A stretch of 64,000 bases of DNA. Source: Antedon mediterranea. Taxonomy: Eukaryota > Animalia > Echinodermata. The translations under genes and the position numbers were made by a program. The notes beneath the pieces were generated by a model. That model did no database searches. It was not told the DNA's origin and saw only the letters and a program-made list of their open reading frames with translations. This document shows positions 22,442-35,600 of this stretch, in pieces; positions within the stretch are counted from its first letter, which is position 1, and each line of letters starts with the position of its first letter. The stretch is taken from NCBI RefSeq assembly GCF_964355755.1, contig NC_092670.1, forward strand, positions 28,446,388-28,510,387, read 5' to 3'.

Positions 22442-25272
22442 ATGGCGTCCGACGAGGAAGGATCTTCTCGCTCAGACAAAGTAAAGTTGAAATGTTTTTT
22501 CCAAATTTACAAGCATTCAAATGAAATTATCAGTCCAATTACTGAGATTCGATGGAATAAAGTGTTGCTCTGTTCAAAGAGTTGGATAAAATTAGATGGA
22601 GACGGCAAGGAAATCGCCATACATTTGACGGAGCTTGGTATGTCTGATGAAGGTAAATCGTTTGACGATGTCGTACGCGAGCATCCAGGCTTAGATTTTC
22701 ATGCTACCTGTTACAGGCGATATACTGATACATCTCGACTAAAAAAGGTAATATTTGGTTTCGATTATTATCAGAATACTCTAAGAGTTAATAATATAGT
22801 TAAATGATACAGTATATAGGGTGCTACTGCACTTACTTATAGATCTATATTGTGCCCTTAGTTCCTGTGCTTGGTTGTTGATTGGGCTTTCTACTACTGT
22901 TAGTACCAGTACTACTACATAGGCCTAGGCCCTAGGCCATATTATATTATACAGTATATATTATTCAGTAGGCTACACAATTAATTTTAGTTAAATACCA
23001 ATATAGGCTCTATATAAGACAAAATAAAATGCTGTATAAATTAATTATACGTTGAAATTGATGTTTAGGCTGAAACAAGAGTTGCCAAAAAGAGATCCCA
23101 AGCAGGAGACAGTGAGAGCCCAGATGAGCCACCAGTTAAGAGGGCCAAGCATTTTTTGAGAAGTAGTTCAGCCACAGCAATGGTTCAAAAAGCCACTATT
23201 TTGCCAAAGAAATGTATCATTTGTAAATTGCAAGACAAATTAGTGACGATCCAAGGCAAAAGAGGTCATGATAAATTAAGAAAGGCTTTAACAGATGATG
23301 CAGGTAATTATTTGAAGAAAAAAAATTCACTTGTTATTGTTGTTTCTCCTATCCTAGAAATTTGTAAACATATGGTTAATTAATCAATCTGCTTTCTAAT
23401 CCCCATCCTATAATGAGTTTTGCAGGCTCAACTGTTGTAATCCAATTAGAAAACCTTCCTACTGTACAACATAATGAGGTGTTCCAGGACATTTCTTCCA
23501 TGTGAACCTTTGCTATATAGTGTAATCATGGAGCTATACATTTTATATCTCCATGCTGTAGTTATGCATAACAAAATATCATTTCAATCATTTAGGAATT
23601 ACACACTATTGCTTTTGTTGATTTGATTTATGACAGGAATGTTGCGAAAAGCTGCAGAAATGAGAAGACGAAAGTATTTTAAAAGACATTTGAGGCAAAA
23701 GCTGTGCTTGTATTGAAGTGCGATATCATGACCAATGTTACAAAAACTACACCAAAATAGTTGTTAATTCACGTAAACGACATGATTCTGGAAAGTGAGT
23801 AAAACGTAACTTTCTAAAACTCTGTTGGTTTTTTTAATTTACATTTTTAATTTTTTTTTTATTTGCTTCAGTCTAAATGTTGAATTTTTAAACACCAAAA
23901 TCTATAAAATATATTTTAATAATATTTATTATTATTTACAGGGAATTGGAAAGTGTTTTTTTAACATATAAGCAAAGCTATAAGGTATTTTGCAGAGATG
24001 TAATTGATAAACGGTTACAGTATGGACAGGAGATACTAAGACTCGCAAAACTCCAAAAGCTTTTCATGAAATCAATTGAAAAAACAGAAAAAGTTTACTT
24101 GTCAACTATAAGGTAGGCTGTCGATCCCTTCTTAAAAACGATGAAATAATTGTAATATTTTTGAGATCCAGTTACTGTAATAATTTCTTCATTGTATCTG
24201 TGTTACAATTAACTATAATCAATTAATGTGTTATTTATAGATCAGACGTGTTGAAGAAGAAGCTCAGGATGGATTATCCTAACCTAATTTTTCATTCACC
24301 CACAAGAAGGTTAGTTGCTTAGTGTGTTTATATTAAATGATTATTTCACCAGGGATAATTTAAAAAAAAAATCTTTTTGTGGATTGGTCAAACTAAATAT
24401 TTTATTTATTTTTTCTTAATTAGAAATGAATCAGTTCTGGTGTACTTTAGCAATGTATCCCCTGGTCCATTTTTGTCATCAGGAAAAAGTACAACGGAGA
24501 CAGATGAATCATCAAAGTATGACATAGATATTCCAACTACTTCTACAACACACGAAATCTCCACTGATGGTGACAATAGAGACAAACTAAGGACTCTATA
24601 TTTTGCAGGTACGGTTAAAATACAATAACTGGTATATATTGGTTTATTTTTAAATAACAACAATAAATGTTATTGCATAATTAAGGAAATGCTGTGGATC
24701 AAAGAGGTGAAAGCTGTATGCACTCAAAAAACAAAACTGTTATGATAGTAAGTGGTGTCGATCATAAATGCTGTACACAATACAGTATATGCTTTATATA
24801 AATTTATTATTACTATGTTTCATTCACCCAATGCTATAAAATGTACTTGCAGGTACGATAGTAAATAATGCCATCAAATCAAACAAAGGTATGCAGAGTG
24901 AATGGCCTCCAAGAGCAGCGGACATTAATGATGTTGACATATCTGAAATTGTGCCATATGAGTTGTTTAATCTAATCGCAAAGTGTGTTGGTGCTGCAGA
25001 AGATACTATACAAACCTCATTTTCAGATGTTACTGAAGAAACTCGAACGAAAATTTTATCGATATGCCAGGACATCCTGTACCTTGCTTGGAAAGGAAGA
25101 AGGCAGACTCCAAAGTCACTTGCTCTAGGATTAACTGTTCGAGTGTGAATGAGATGAGTGTGAAAACAGGACAAGAGAAGAAGAAAAAGAAGACACACCA
25201 GACTATGGCATTGAAGATGATGAATTAGACTATGGTGAATTAGACTATGAGGAAGATGAATATGAAATATAG
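22442..25272 (+). pseudogene. Spliced Academ-like transposase remnant (N-terminal region fused to an acidic C-terminal tail)
   Basis: GT-AG exons with matching phases: 22442-22747, 23069-23303, 23637-23794, 23942-24112, 24241-24309, 24424-24608, 24853-~25143. Motifs FHATCYRRYT, LPKKCIICK, EVRYHDQCYKNYTK, WPP...VPYELFN...ILSICQDILY...GRRQTPKSLALGLTVR, recalled as Academ-like. Exon 3 has a frameshift and an in-frame TGA. The sequence then jumps to ...ECENRTREEE...YEI*. Confidence 0.75.
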
Positions 25273-25329
25273 TTTATACGGTTTTGAATGCAACAAAATC
25301 ATCATAAAAAGTAACTGTAATGTAATAGG

Positions 25330-25605
25330 CCTACACTATAACCAATGTGAAACACTAACCATGGTTATGCAAACAGAAACTGTGAACATGTGAATAAAAA
25401 AAAAAGATTTAAAAAAAATGAAAACAAAATGGAAACCATGAGAATATAAATAAATAATGTAACCACGAGAATATAATAATAAAAACTGTAACCATGAGAA
25501 TATAAAGAAAAATAGTAACTATGAGAATATAAAGAAATTGTGTAACCATTAAAAGAAATTGTGTAACCATGAGAATATAAAGAAAAATATTAACCATGAG
25601 AATAA
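25330..25605. repeat. Degenerate minisatellite (aaccatgagaatataaa-like) inside the transposon 3' region
   Basis: Several copies of taaccatgagaatataa at ~25-30 bp spacing; explains ORFs 25409-25630 and 25559-25759. Confidence 0.6.
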
Positions 25606-26256
25606 ATACAATTACATTGAAACAAAACAAATATTTGATGTTTGTATTTTATTTAATAATTTAAATTTACTATTGCATTGGTGTTTATTACTAGGAATAT
25701 GTGTTCTAAATGTTTCACAGTTAAATCATATCAGTCACTATGTACATCCTACGGTATAAACTTCGCATAATATTGCTGCTGTATTTCTACTGCTATTAAT
25801 AGCCTACCTGTCGGGAGAAACCATTATACGAACAGTTGAAGCCATTTGTAATTATAAATGTTTTAATGTCGGGGGATAATTATTAACTCTAAATTTCAAT
25901 TTTAGAGTTAATATAAATTTGTATTCACCAAATTTATTTAAAAAAATAAAGAATAAATCTATTTTGATAATAAATAACTTGCCTATATATTTCTTATAAA
26001 TCGTGATAATAATAGTACAGTCTAGTTATAGTGCGCCACCAGTTGTTTCAGCCTCGCTATTTCGTAAGAAATCGTTGGCATATTTACCAACTTTAACCGT
26101 AATTTTCTACCAAACGCCAGGTATTTTTTTGTGGAACTTTTACTTTTTGTACTATTAGTATTTATTTAGAACAGTATATGTGGTAAAAAAGTATTATGCT
26201 TGATGAGGAACGGGATTGCTTTTCCAGGCATCATTTCAGCTTCGCCGTAAGGCCTA

Positions 26257-29200
26257 AGTGCTTAGAAAAGCTTCAAATCGCATTTGGAGACGTTTTAGAC
26301 CATTTTGTGATTTTCGAAAAAACTTGTTAACATAAAAACACCAAATTGCTTAGAATAGCTTCAAATCGCATTTGGAGACGTTTTAGACCATTTTCTGATT
26401 TTCGAAAAAACTTGTTAACATAAAAACACCAAAGTGCTAAGAATAGCTTGAAATTGCATTTGGAGACATTTTAGACTATTTTGTGATTTTCGAAAAAATT
26501 CGTTAACATAAAAACATCAAAGTGCTTAAAATCACATTAGAAACCGTTTTAGACCATTTTGAGCATTTCGATAAAACTTTTCACACAAAAACATCAAAGA
26601 GCACAAAATAGCTTAATATCGTATTTAAAAACGTTTTTGACCATTTTGAGCATTTCGACAAAAATTATTCACACAAAACAGCAAAGTGTACAGAATTGCT
26701 TCAAATCGCATTTGGAGACGTTTTAGACCATTTTGTGATTTTCGAAAAAACTTGTTAACATAAAAACACAAAATTGCTTAGAATAGCTTAAAATCGCATT
26801 TGGAGACGTTTTACACCATTTTGTGATTTTCGAAAAAACTTGTTAACATAAAAACATCAAAGTGTACAGAATAGCTTCAAATCGCTTTTTGAGACATTAT
26901 AGACCCTTTTGTGATTTTCGAAAAAACTTGGTTCCACAAAAACACCAAAGTGCTTAAAATAGCTTCAAATCGCATTTGGAGACGTTTTAGACCATTTTGT
27001 GATTTTCGAAATAACTCGTTACCATAAAAACACCTAAGTGCTTATAATTGCTTCAAATCGCATTTGGAGACGTTTTAGACCATTTTGTGATTTTCTAAAA
27101 AAGTTGTTAACATAAAAACATCAAAGTGCTTAAAATCACATTAGAAACCGTTTTAGACCATTTTGAGCATTTCGATAAAACTTTTCACACAAAAACATCA
27201 AAGAGCACAAAATAGCTTAATATAGTATTTAAAAACGTTTTTGACCATTTTGAGCATTTTGACAAAAATTATTCACACTAAACAGCAAAGTGTACAGAAT
27301 AGCTTCAAATCGCATTTGGAGACGTTTTAGACCATTTTTTGATTTTCGAAAAAACTTGTTAACATAAAAACATCAAAGTGTACAGAATAGCTTCAAATCG
27401 CTTTTTGAGACAATATAGACCCTTTTGTGATTTTCGAAAAAACTTGGTTCCACAAAAACACCAAAGTGCTTAAAATAGCTTCAAATCGCATTTGGAGACG
27501 TTTTAGACCATTTTGTGATTTTCTAAAAAAGTTGTTAACATAAAAACACCAAAGTGCTTAGAATAGCTTCAAATCGCATTTGGAGACGTTTTAGACAATT
27601 TTGTGATTTTCGAAAAAACTTGTAAACATAAAAACACCAAAGTGCTTAGAAAAGCTTCAAATCGCATTTGGAGACGTTTTAGACCATTTTGTGATTGTCG
27701 AAAAAACTTGTTAACATAAAAACACCAAATTGCTTAGAATAGCTTCAAATCGCATTGTGAGACGTTTTAGACCATTTTGTGATTTTCGAAAAAATTCGTT
27801 AACATAAAAACATCAAAGTGCTTAAAATCACATTAGAAACCGTTTTAGAACATTTTGAGCATTTCGATAAAACTTTTCACACAAAAACATCAAAGAGCAC
27901 AAAATAGCTTAATATCGTATTTAAAAACGTTTTAGACCATTTTGAGCATTTCGACAAAAATTATTCACAAAAAACAGTAAAGTGTACAGAATAGCTTCAA
28001 ATCGCATTTGGAGACGTTTTAGAGCATTTTGTGATTTTCGAAAAAACTTGTTAACATAAAAACACCAAATTGCTTAGAATAGCTTAAAATCGCATTTGGA
28101 GACGTTTTAGACCATTTTGTGACTTTCGAAAAAACTTGTTAACATAAAAACATCAAAGTGTACAGAATAGCTTCAAATCGTATTTTGAGACATTTTAGAC
28201 CCTTTTGTGATTTTCGAAAAAACTTGGTTACACAAAAACACCAAAGTGCTGAAAACAGCTTCAAATCGCATTTGGAGACGTTTTAGACCATTTTGTGATT
28301 TTCGAAAAAACTTGTTAACATAAAAACCCCAAATTGCTTAGAATAGCTTAAAATCGCATTTGGAGACGTTTTAGACCATTTTGTGATTTTCGAAAAAACT
28401 TGTTAAAATAAAAACACCAAATTGCTTAGAATAGCTTCAAATCACATTAGAAACCGTTTGAGACCATTTTGAGCATTTCGATAAAACTTTTCACACAAAA
28501 ACATCAAAGAGCACAAAATAGCTTAATATCGTATTTAAAAACGTTTTTGACCATTTTGAGCATTTCGACAAAAATTATTCACACAAAACAGCAAAGTGTA
28601 CAGAATAGCTTCAAATCGCATTTGGAGACGTTTTAGACCATTTTGTGATTTTCGAAAAAAACTTGTTAACATAAAAACACCAAAGTGCTTAGAATAGCTT
28701 CAAATCGCATTTTGTGACATTTTCGACCATTTTGTGATTTTCGAAAAAACTTGTTAACATAAAAACACCAAATTGCTTAGAATAGCTTAAAATCGCATTT
28801 GGAGACGTTTTAGACCATTTTGTGATTTTCAAAAAAACTTGTTAAAATAAAAACACCAAATTGCTTAGAATAGCTTCAAATCGCATTTGGAGACGTTTTA
28901 GACCATTTTCTGATTTTCGAAAAAACTTGTTAACATAAAAACACCCAAGTGCTAAGAATAGCTTGAAATCGCATTTGGAGACATTTTAGACCATTTTGTG
29001 ATTTTCGAAAAAAATTCGTTAACATAAAAACATCAAAGTGCTTAAAATCACATTAGAAACCGTTTTAGACCATTTTGAGCATTTCGATAAAACTTTTCAC
29101 ACAAAAACATCAAAGAGCACAAAATAGCTTAATATCGTATTTAAAAACGTTTTTGACCATTTTGAGCATTTCGACAAAAACTATTCACACAAAACAGCAA

Positions 29201-32200
29201 AGTGTACAGAATAGCTTCAAATCGCATTTGGAGACGTTTTAGACCATTTTGTGATTTTCGAAAAAACTTGTTAACATAAAAACACCAAATTGCTTAGAAT
29301 AGCTTAAAATCGCATTTGGAGACGTTTTACACCATTTTGTGATTTTCGAAAAAACTTGTTAACATAAAAACACCAAAGTGCTTAGAATAGCTTCAAATCG
29401 CATTTGGAGACGTTTTACACCATTTTGTGATTTTCGAAAAAACTTGTTAACATAAAAACACCAAAGTGCTTAGAATAGCTTCAAATCGCATTTGGAGACG
29501 TTTTAGACCATTTTGTGACTTTCGAAAAAATTCGTTAACATAAAAACATCAAAGTGCTTAAAATCACATTAGAAACCGTTTTAGACCATTTTGAGCATTT
29601 CGATAAAACTTTTCACACAAAAACATCAAAGAGCACAAAATAGCTTAATATCGTATTTAAAAACGTTTTTGACCATTTTGAGCATTTCGACAAAAACTAT
29701 TCACACAAAACAGCAAAGTGTACAGAATAGCTTCAAATCGCATTTGGAGACGTTTTAGACCATTTTGTGATTTTCGAAAAAACTTGTTAACATAAAAACA
29801 CCAAATTGCTTAGAATAGCTTAAAATCGCATTTGGAGACGTTTTACACCATTTTGTGATTTTCGAAAAAACTTGTTAACATAAAAACACCAAAGTGCTTA
29901 GAATAGCTTCAAATCGCATTTGGAGACGTTTTACACCATTTTGTGATTTTCGAAAAAACTTGTTAACATAAAAACACCAAAGTGCTTAGAATAGCTTCAA
30001 ATCGCATTTGGAGACGTTTTAGACCATTTTGTGACTTTCGAAAAAATTCGTTAACATAAAAACATCAAAGTGCTTAAAATCACATTAGAAACCGTTTTAG
30101 ACCATTTTGAGCATTTCGATAAAACTTTTCACACAAAAACATCAAAGAGCACAAAATAGCTTAATATCGTATTTAAAAACGTTTTTGACCATTTTGAGCA
30201 TTTCGACAAAAATTATTCACACAAAACAGCAAAGTGTACAGAATTGCTTCAAATCGCATTTGGAGACGTTTTAGACCATTTTGTGATTTTCGAAAAAACT
30301 TGTTAACATAAAAACACAAAATTGCTTAGAATAGCTTAAAATCGCATTTGGAGACGTTTTACACCATTTTGTGATTTTCGAAAAAACTTGTTAACATAAA
30401 AACATCAAAGTGTACAGAATAGCTTCAAATCGCTTTTTGAGACATTATAGACCCTTTTGTGATTTTCGAAAAAACTTGGTTCCACAAAAACACCAAAGTG
30501 CTTAAAATAGCTTCAAATCGCATTTGGAGACGTTTTAGACCATTTTGTGATTTTCGAAATAACTCGTTACCATAAAAACACCTAAGTGCTTATAATTGCT
30601 TCAAATCGCATTTGGAAACGTTTTAGACCATTTTGTGATTTTCTAAAAAAGTTGTTAACATAAAAACATCAAAGTGCTTAAAATCACATTAGAAACCGTT
30701 TTAGACCATTTTGAGCATTTCGATAAAACTTTTCACACAAAAACATCAAAGAGCACAAAATAGCTTAATATAGTATTTAAAAACGTTTTTGACCATTTTG
30801 AGCATTTTGACAAAAATTATTCACACTAAACAGCAAAGTGTACAGAATAGCTTCAAATCGCATTTGGAGACGTTTTAGACCATTTTTTGATTTTCGAAAA
30901 AACTTGTTAACATAAAAACATCAAAGTGTACAGAATAGCTTCAAATCGCTTTTTGAGACAATATAGACCCTTTTGTGATTTTCGAAAAAACTTGGTTCCA
31001 CAAAAACACCAAAGTGCTTAAAATAGCTTCAAATCGCATTTGGAGACGTTTTAGACCATTTTGTGATTTTCGAAAAAAGTTGTTAACATAAAAACACCAA
31101 AGTGCTTAGAATAGCTTCAAATCGCATTTGGAGACGTTTTAGACCATTTTGTGACTTTCGAAAAACTTGTTAACATAAAAACATCAAAGTGTACAGAATA
31201 GCTTCAAATCGCATTTTGAGACATTTTAGACCATTTTGTGATATTCAAAAGAACTCGTTACCATAAAAACACCAAAGTGCTTAGAAAGTGCTTAAAATCA
31301 CATTAGAAACCGTTTTAGACCATTTTGAGCATTTCGATAAAACTTTTCACACAAAAACATCAAAGAGCACAAAATAGCTTAATATAGTATTTAAAAACGT
31401 TTTTGACCATTTTGAGCATTTTGACAAAAATTATTCACACTAAACAGCAAAGTGTACAGAATAGCTTCAAATCGCATTTGGAGACGTTTTAGACCATTTT
31501 GTGATTTTCTAAAAAAGTTGTTAACATAAAAACATCAAAGTCCTTAAAATCACATTAGAAACCGTTTTAGACCATTTTGTGATTTTCTAAAAAAGTTATT
31601 AACATAAAAACACCAAAGTGCTTAGAATAGCTTCAAATCGCATTTGGAGACGTTTTAGACCATTTTGTGATTTTCGAAAAAACTTGTTAACATAAAAACA
31701 CCAAAGTGCTAAGAATAGCTTGAAATCGCATTTGGAGACATTTTAGACCATTTTGTGATTTTCGAAAAAATTCGCTAACATAAAAACATCAAAGTGCTTA
31801 AAATCACATTAGAAACCGTTTTAGACCATTTTGAGAATTTCGATAAAACTTTTCACACAAAAACATCAAAGAGCACAAAATAGCTTAATATCGTATTTAA
31901 AAACGTTTTTGACCATTTTGAGCATTTCGACAAAAACTATTCACACAAAACAGCAAAGTGTACAGAATAGCTTCAAATCGCATTTGGAGACGTTTTAGAC
32001 CATTTTGTGATTTTCGAAAAAACTTGTTAACATAAAAACACCAAATTGCTTAGAATAGCTTAAAATCGCATTTGGAGACGTTTTACACCATTTTGTGATT
32101 TTCGAAAAAACTTGTTAACATAAAAACACCAAAGTGCTTAGAATAGCTTCAAATCGCATTTGGAGACGTTTTAGACCATTTTGTGACTTTCGAAAAAACT

Positions 32201-32661
32201 TGTTAACATAAAAACATCAAAGTGTACAGAATAGCTTAAAATCGCATTTGGAGACATTTTAGACCCTTTTGTGATTTTCGAAAAAACTTGGTTACACAAA
32301 AACACCAAAGTGCTTAAAATAGCTTCAAATCGCATTTGGAGATATTTTAGACCAATTTGTGATTTTCGAAAAAACTTGTTAACATAAAAACACCAAAGTG
32401 TTTAGAATAGCTTCAAATCACATTTGGAGACGTTTTAGACCATTTTGTGATTTTCGAAAAAACTTGTTAACATAAAAACACCAAAGTGCTTAAAATCACA
32501 TTAGAAACCGTTTGAGACCATTTTGAGCATTTCGATAAAACTGTTCACACAAAAAAACATCAAAGAGCACAAAATAGCTTAATATCGTATTTAAAAACGT
32601 TTTTGACCATTTTGAGCATTCGACAAAAATTATTCACACAAAACAGCAAAGTGTACAGAAT
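26257..32661 (+). repeat. 88-bp satellite array (orientation A), continuation
   Basis: Same monomer, in register across the transposon. Confidence 0.97.
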
Positions 32662-35600
32662 TTTTTTCGAAAGTCACAAAATGGTCTAAAACGTCTCCAA
32701 ATGCGATTTGAAGCTATTCTAAGCACTTTGGTGTTTTTATGTTAACAAGTTTTTTCGAAAATCACAAAATGGTATAAAACGTCTCCAAATGCGATTTTAA
32801 GCTATTCTAAGCACTTTGGTGTTTTTATGTTAACAACTTTTTTCGAAAATCACAAAATGGTCTAAAACGTCTTCAAATGCGATTTGAAGCTATTCTAAGC
32901 ACTTTGGTGTTTTTATGTTAACAAGTTTTTTCGAAAATCACAAAATGGTATAAAACGCCTCCAAATGCGATTTTAAGCTATTCTAAGCACTTTGGTGTTT
33001 TTATGTTAACAAGTTTTTTCGAAAATCACAAAATGGTGTAAAACGTCTCCAAATGCGATTTGAAGCTATTCTAAGCAATTTGGTGTTTTTATGTTAACAA
33101 GTTTTTTCGAAAATCACAAAATGGTCTAAAACGTCTCCAAATGCGATTTGAAGCTATTCTAAGCACTTTTGTCTTTTTATGTTAACAAGTTTTTTCGAAA
33201 ATCACAAAATGGTCTAAAATGTCTCCAAATGCGATTTGAAGCTTTTCTAAGCACTTTGGTGTTTTTATGTTTACAAGTTTTTTCGAAAATCACAAAATGT
33301 CTATAATGTCTCAAAATGCGATTTGAAGCTATTCTGTACACTTTGATGTTTTTATGTTAACAAGTTTTTTCGAAAATCACAAAATGGTCTAAAACGTCTC
33401 CAAATGCGATTTGAAGCTATTCTGTACACTTTGCTGTTTTGTGTGAATAATTTTTGTCAAAATGCTCAAAATGGTCAAAAACGTTTTTAAATACTATATT
33501 AAGCTATTTTGTGTTCTTTGATGTTTTTGTGTGAAAAGTTTTATCGAAATGCTCAAAATGGTCTAAAACGGTTTCTAATGTGATTTTAAGAACTTTGATG
33601 TTTTTATGTTAACAACTTTTTTAGAAAATCACAAAATGGTGTAAAACGTCTCCAAATGCGATTTGAAGCTATTCTAAGCACTTTGGTGTTTTTATGTTAA
33701 CAAGTTTTTTCGAAAATCACAAAATGGTCTAAAACGTCTCCAAATGCGATTTGAAGCAATTCTAAGCACTTTGGTGTTTTTATGGTAACGAGTTTTTTTG
33801 AATATCACAAAATGGTTTAAAATGTCTCCAAATGCGATTTGAAGCTTTTCTAAGCACTTTGGTGTTTTTATGGTAACGAGTTATTTCGAAAATCACAAAA
33901 TGGTCTAAAACGTCTCCAAATGCGATTTGAAGCTATTCTGTACACTTTGCTGTTTTGTGTGAATAATTTTTGTCAAAATGCTCAAAATGGTCAAAAACGT
34001 TTTTAAATACTATATTAAGCTATTTTGTGCTCTTTGATGTTTTTGTGTGAAAAGTTTTATCGAAATGCTCAAAATGGTCTAAAACGGTTTCTAATGTGAT
34101 TTTAAGCACTTTGATGTTTTTATGTTAACAACTTTTTTCGAAAATCACAAAATGGTCTAAAACGTCTCCAAATGCGATTTGAAGCTATTCTAAGCACTTT
34201 GGTGTTTTTATGTTAACAAGTTTTTTCGAAAATCACAAAATGGTCTAAAACGTCTCCAAATGCGATTTGAAGCAATTCTAAGCACTTTGGTGTTTTTTAT
34301 GTTAACAAGTTTTCTCGAAAATCACAAAATGGTCTAAAACGTCTCCAAATGCGATTTGAAGCTATTCTAAGCACTTTGGTGTTTTTATGTTAACAAGTTT
34401 TTTCGAAAATCACAAAATGGTCTAAAACGTCTCCAAATGCAATTTGAAGCTATTCTAAGCACTTTGGTGTTTTTATGTTAACAAGTTTTTTCGAAAATCA
34501 CAAAATGGTTTAAAACGTCTCCAAATGCGATTTGAAGCTATTTTAAGCACTTTGGTGTTTTTGTGTAACCAAGTTTTTTCGAAAATCACAAAAGGATCTA
34601 TAATGTCTCCAAATGCGATTTGAAGCTTTTCTAAGCACTTTGGTGTTTTTATGTTTACAAGTTTTTCTCGAAAATCACAAAATGGTCTAAAACGTCTCAA
34701 AATTCGATTTGAAGCTATTCTAAGCACTTTGGTGTTTTTATGTTAACAACTTTTTTAGAAAATCACAAAATGGTCTAAAACGGTTTCTAATGTGATTTTA
34801 AGCACTTTGATGTTTTTATGGTAACGAGTTATTTCGAAAATCACAAAATGGTCTAAAACGTCTCCAAATGCGATTTTAAGCTATTCTAAGCACTTTGGTG
34901 TTTTTATGTTAACAAGTTTTTTCGAAAATCACAAAATGGTCTAAAACGTCTCCAAATGCGATTTGAAGCTATTTTAAGCACTTTGGTGTTTTTGTGTAAC
35001 CAAGTTTTTTCGAAAATCACAAAAGGGTCTAAAATGTCTCAAAATGCGATTTGAAGCTATTCTGTACACTTTGATGTTTTTATGTTAACAAGTTTTTTCG
35101 AAAGTCACAAAATGGTCTAAAACGTCTCCAAATGCGATTTGAAGCTATTCTAAGCACTTTGGTGTTTTTATGTTAACAACTTTTTTCGAAAATCACAAAA
35201 TGGTCTAAAACGTCTCCAAATGCGATTTGAAGCAATTCTAAGCACTTTGGTGTTTTTTATGTTAACAAGTTTTTTCGAAAATCACAAAATGGTCTAAAAC
35301 GTCTCCAAATGCGATTTGAAGCTATTCTAAGCACTTTGGTGTTTTTATGTTAACAAGTTTTTTCGAAAATCACAAAATGGTCTAAAACGTCTCCAAATGC
35401 GATTTGAAGCTATTCTAAGCACTTTGGTGTTTTTATGTTAACAAGTTTTTTCGAAAATCACAAAATGGTGTAAAACGTCTCCAAATGCGATCTTAAGCTA
35501 TTCTAAGCAATTTGGTGTTTTTATGTTAACAAGTTTTTTCGAAAATCACAAAATGGTCTAAAACGTCTCCAAATGCGATTTGAAGCTATTCTGTACACTT

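Larger units (their letters stand above)
22172..26256 (+). mobile_element. Academ-superfamily DNA transposon, internally deleted non-autonomous copy (4085 bp)
   Basis: TIRs TAGGCCTTACGG(T/C)GAAG(A/C)TGAAA (23 bp, 2 mismatches) plus a second inverted block GTTCCTCAT(T/C)AAGCATAATA. 3-bp TSD AGT at 22169-22171 and 26257-26259; removing the element restores the satellite caccaaagtgcttag. TAG termini with a 3-bp TSD fit Academ. Confidence 0.85.

Noticed and set aside
24406-25198. Minus-strand ORFs 24406-24663 and 24824-25198
   Set aside because: Antisense shadows of the transposase exons.
22442-25272. Host protein-coding gene interpretation of the spliced ORFs
   Set aside because: Enclosed by TIRs and a TSD within satellite, and disrupted by a frameshift, a stop and a deletion.
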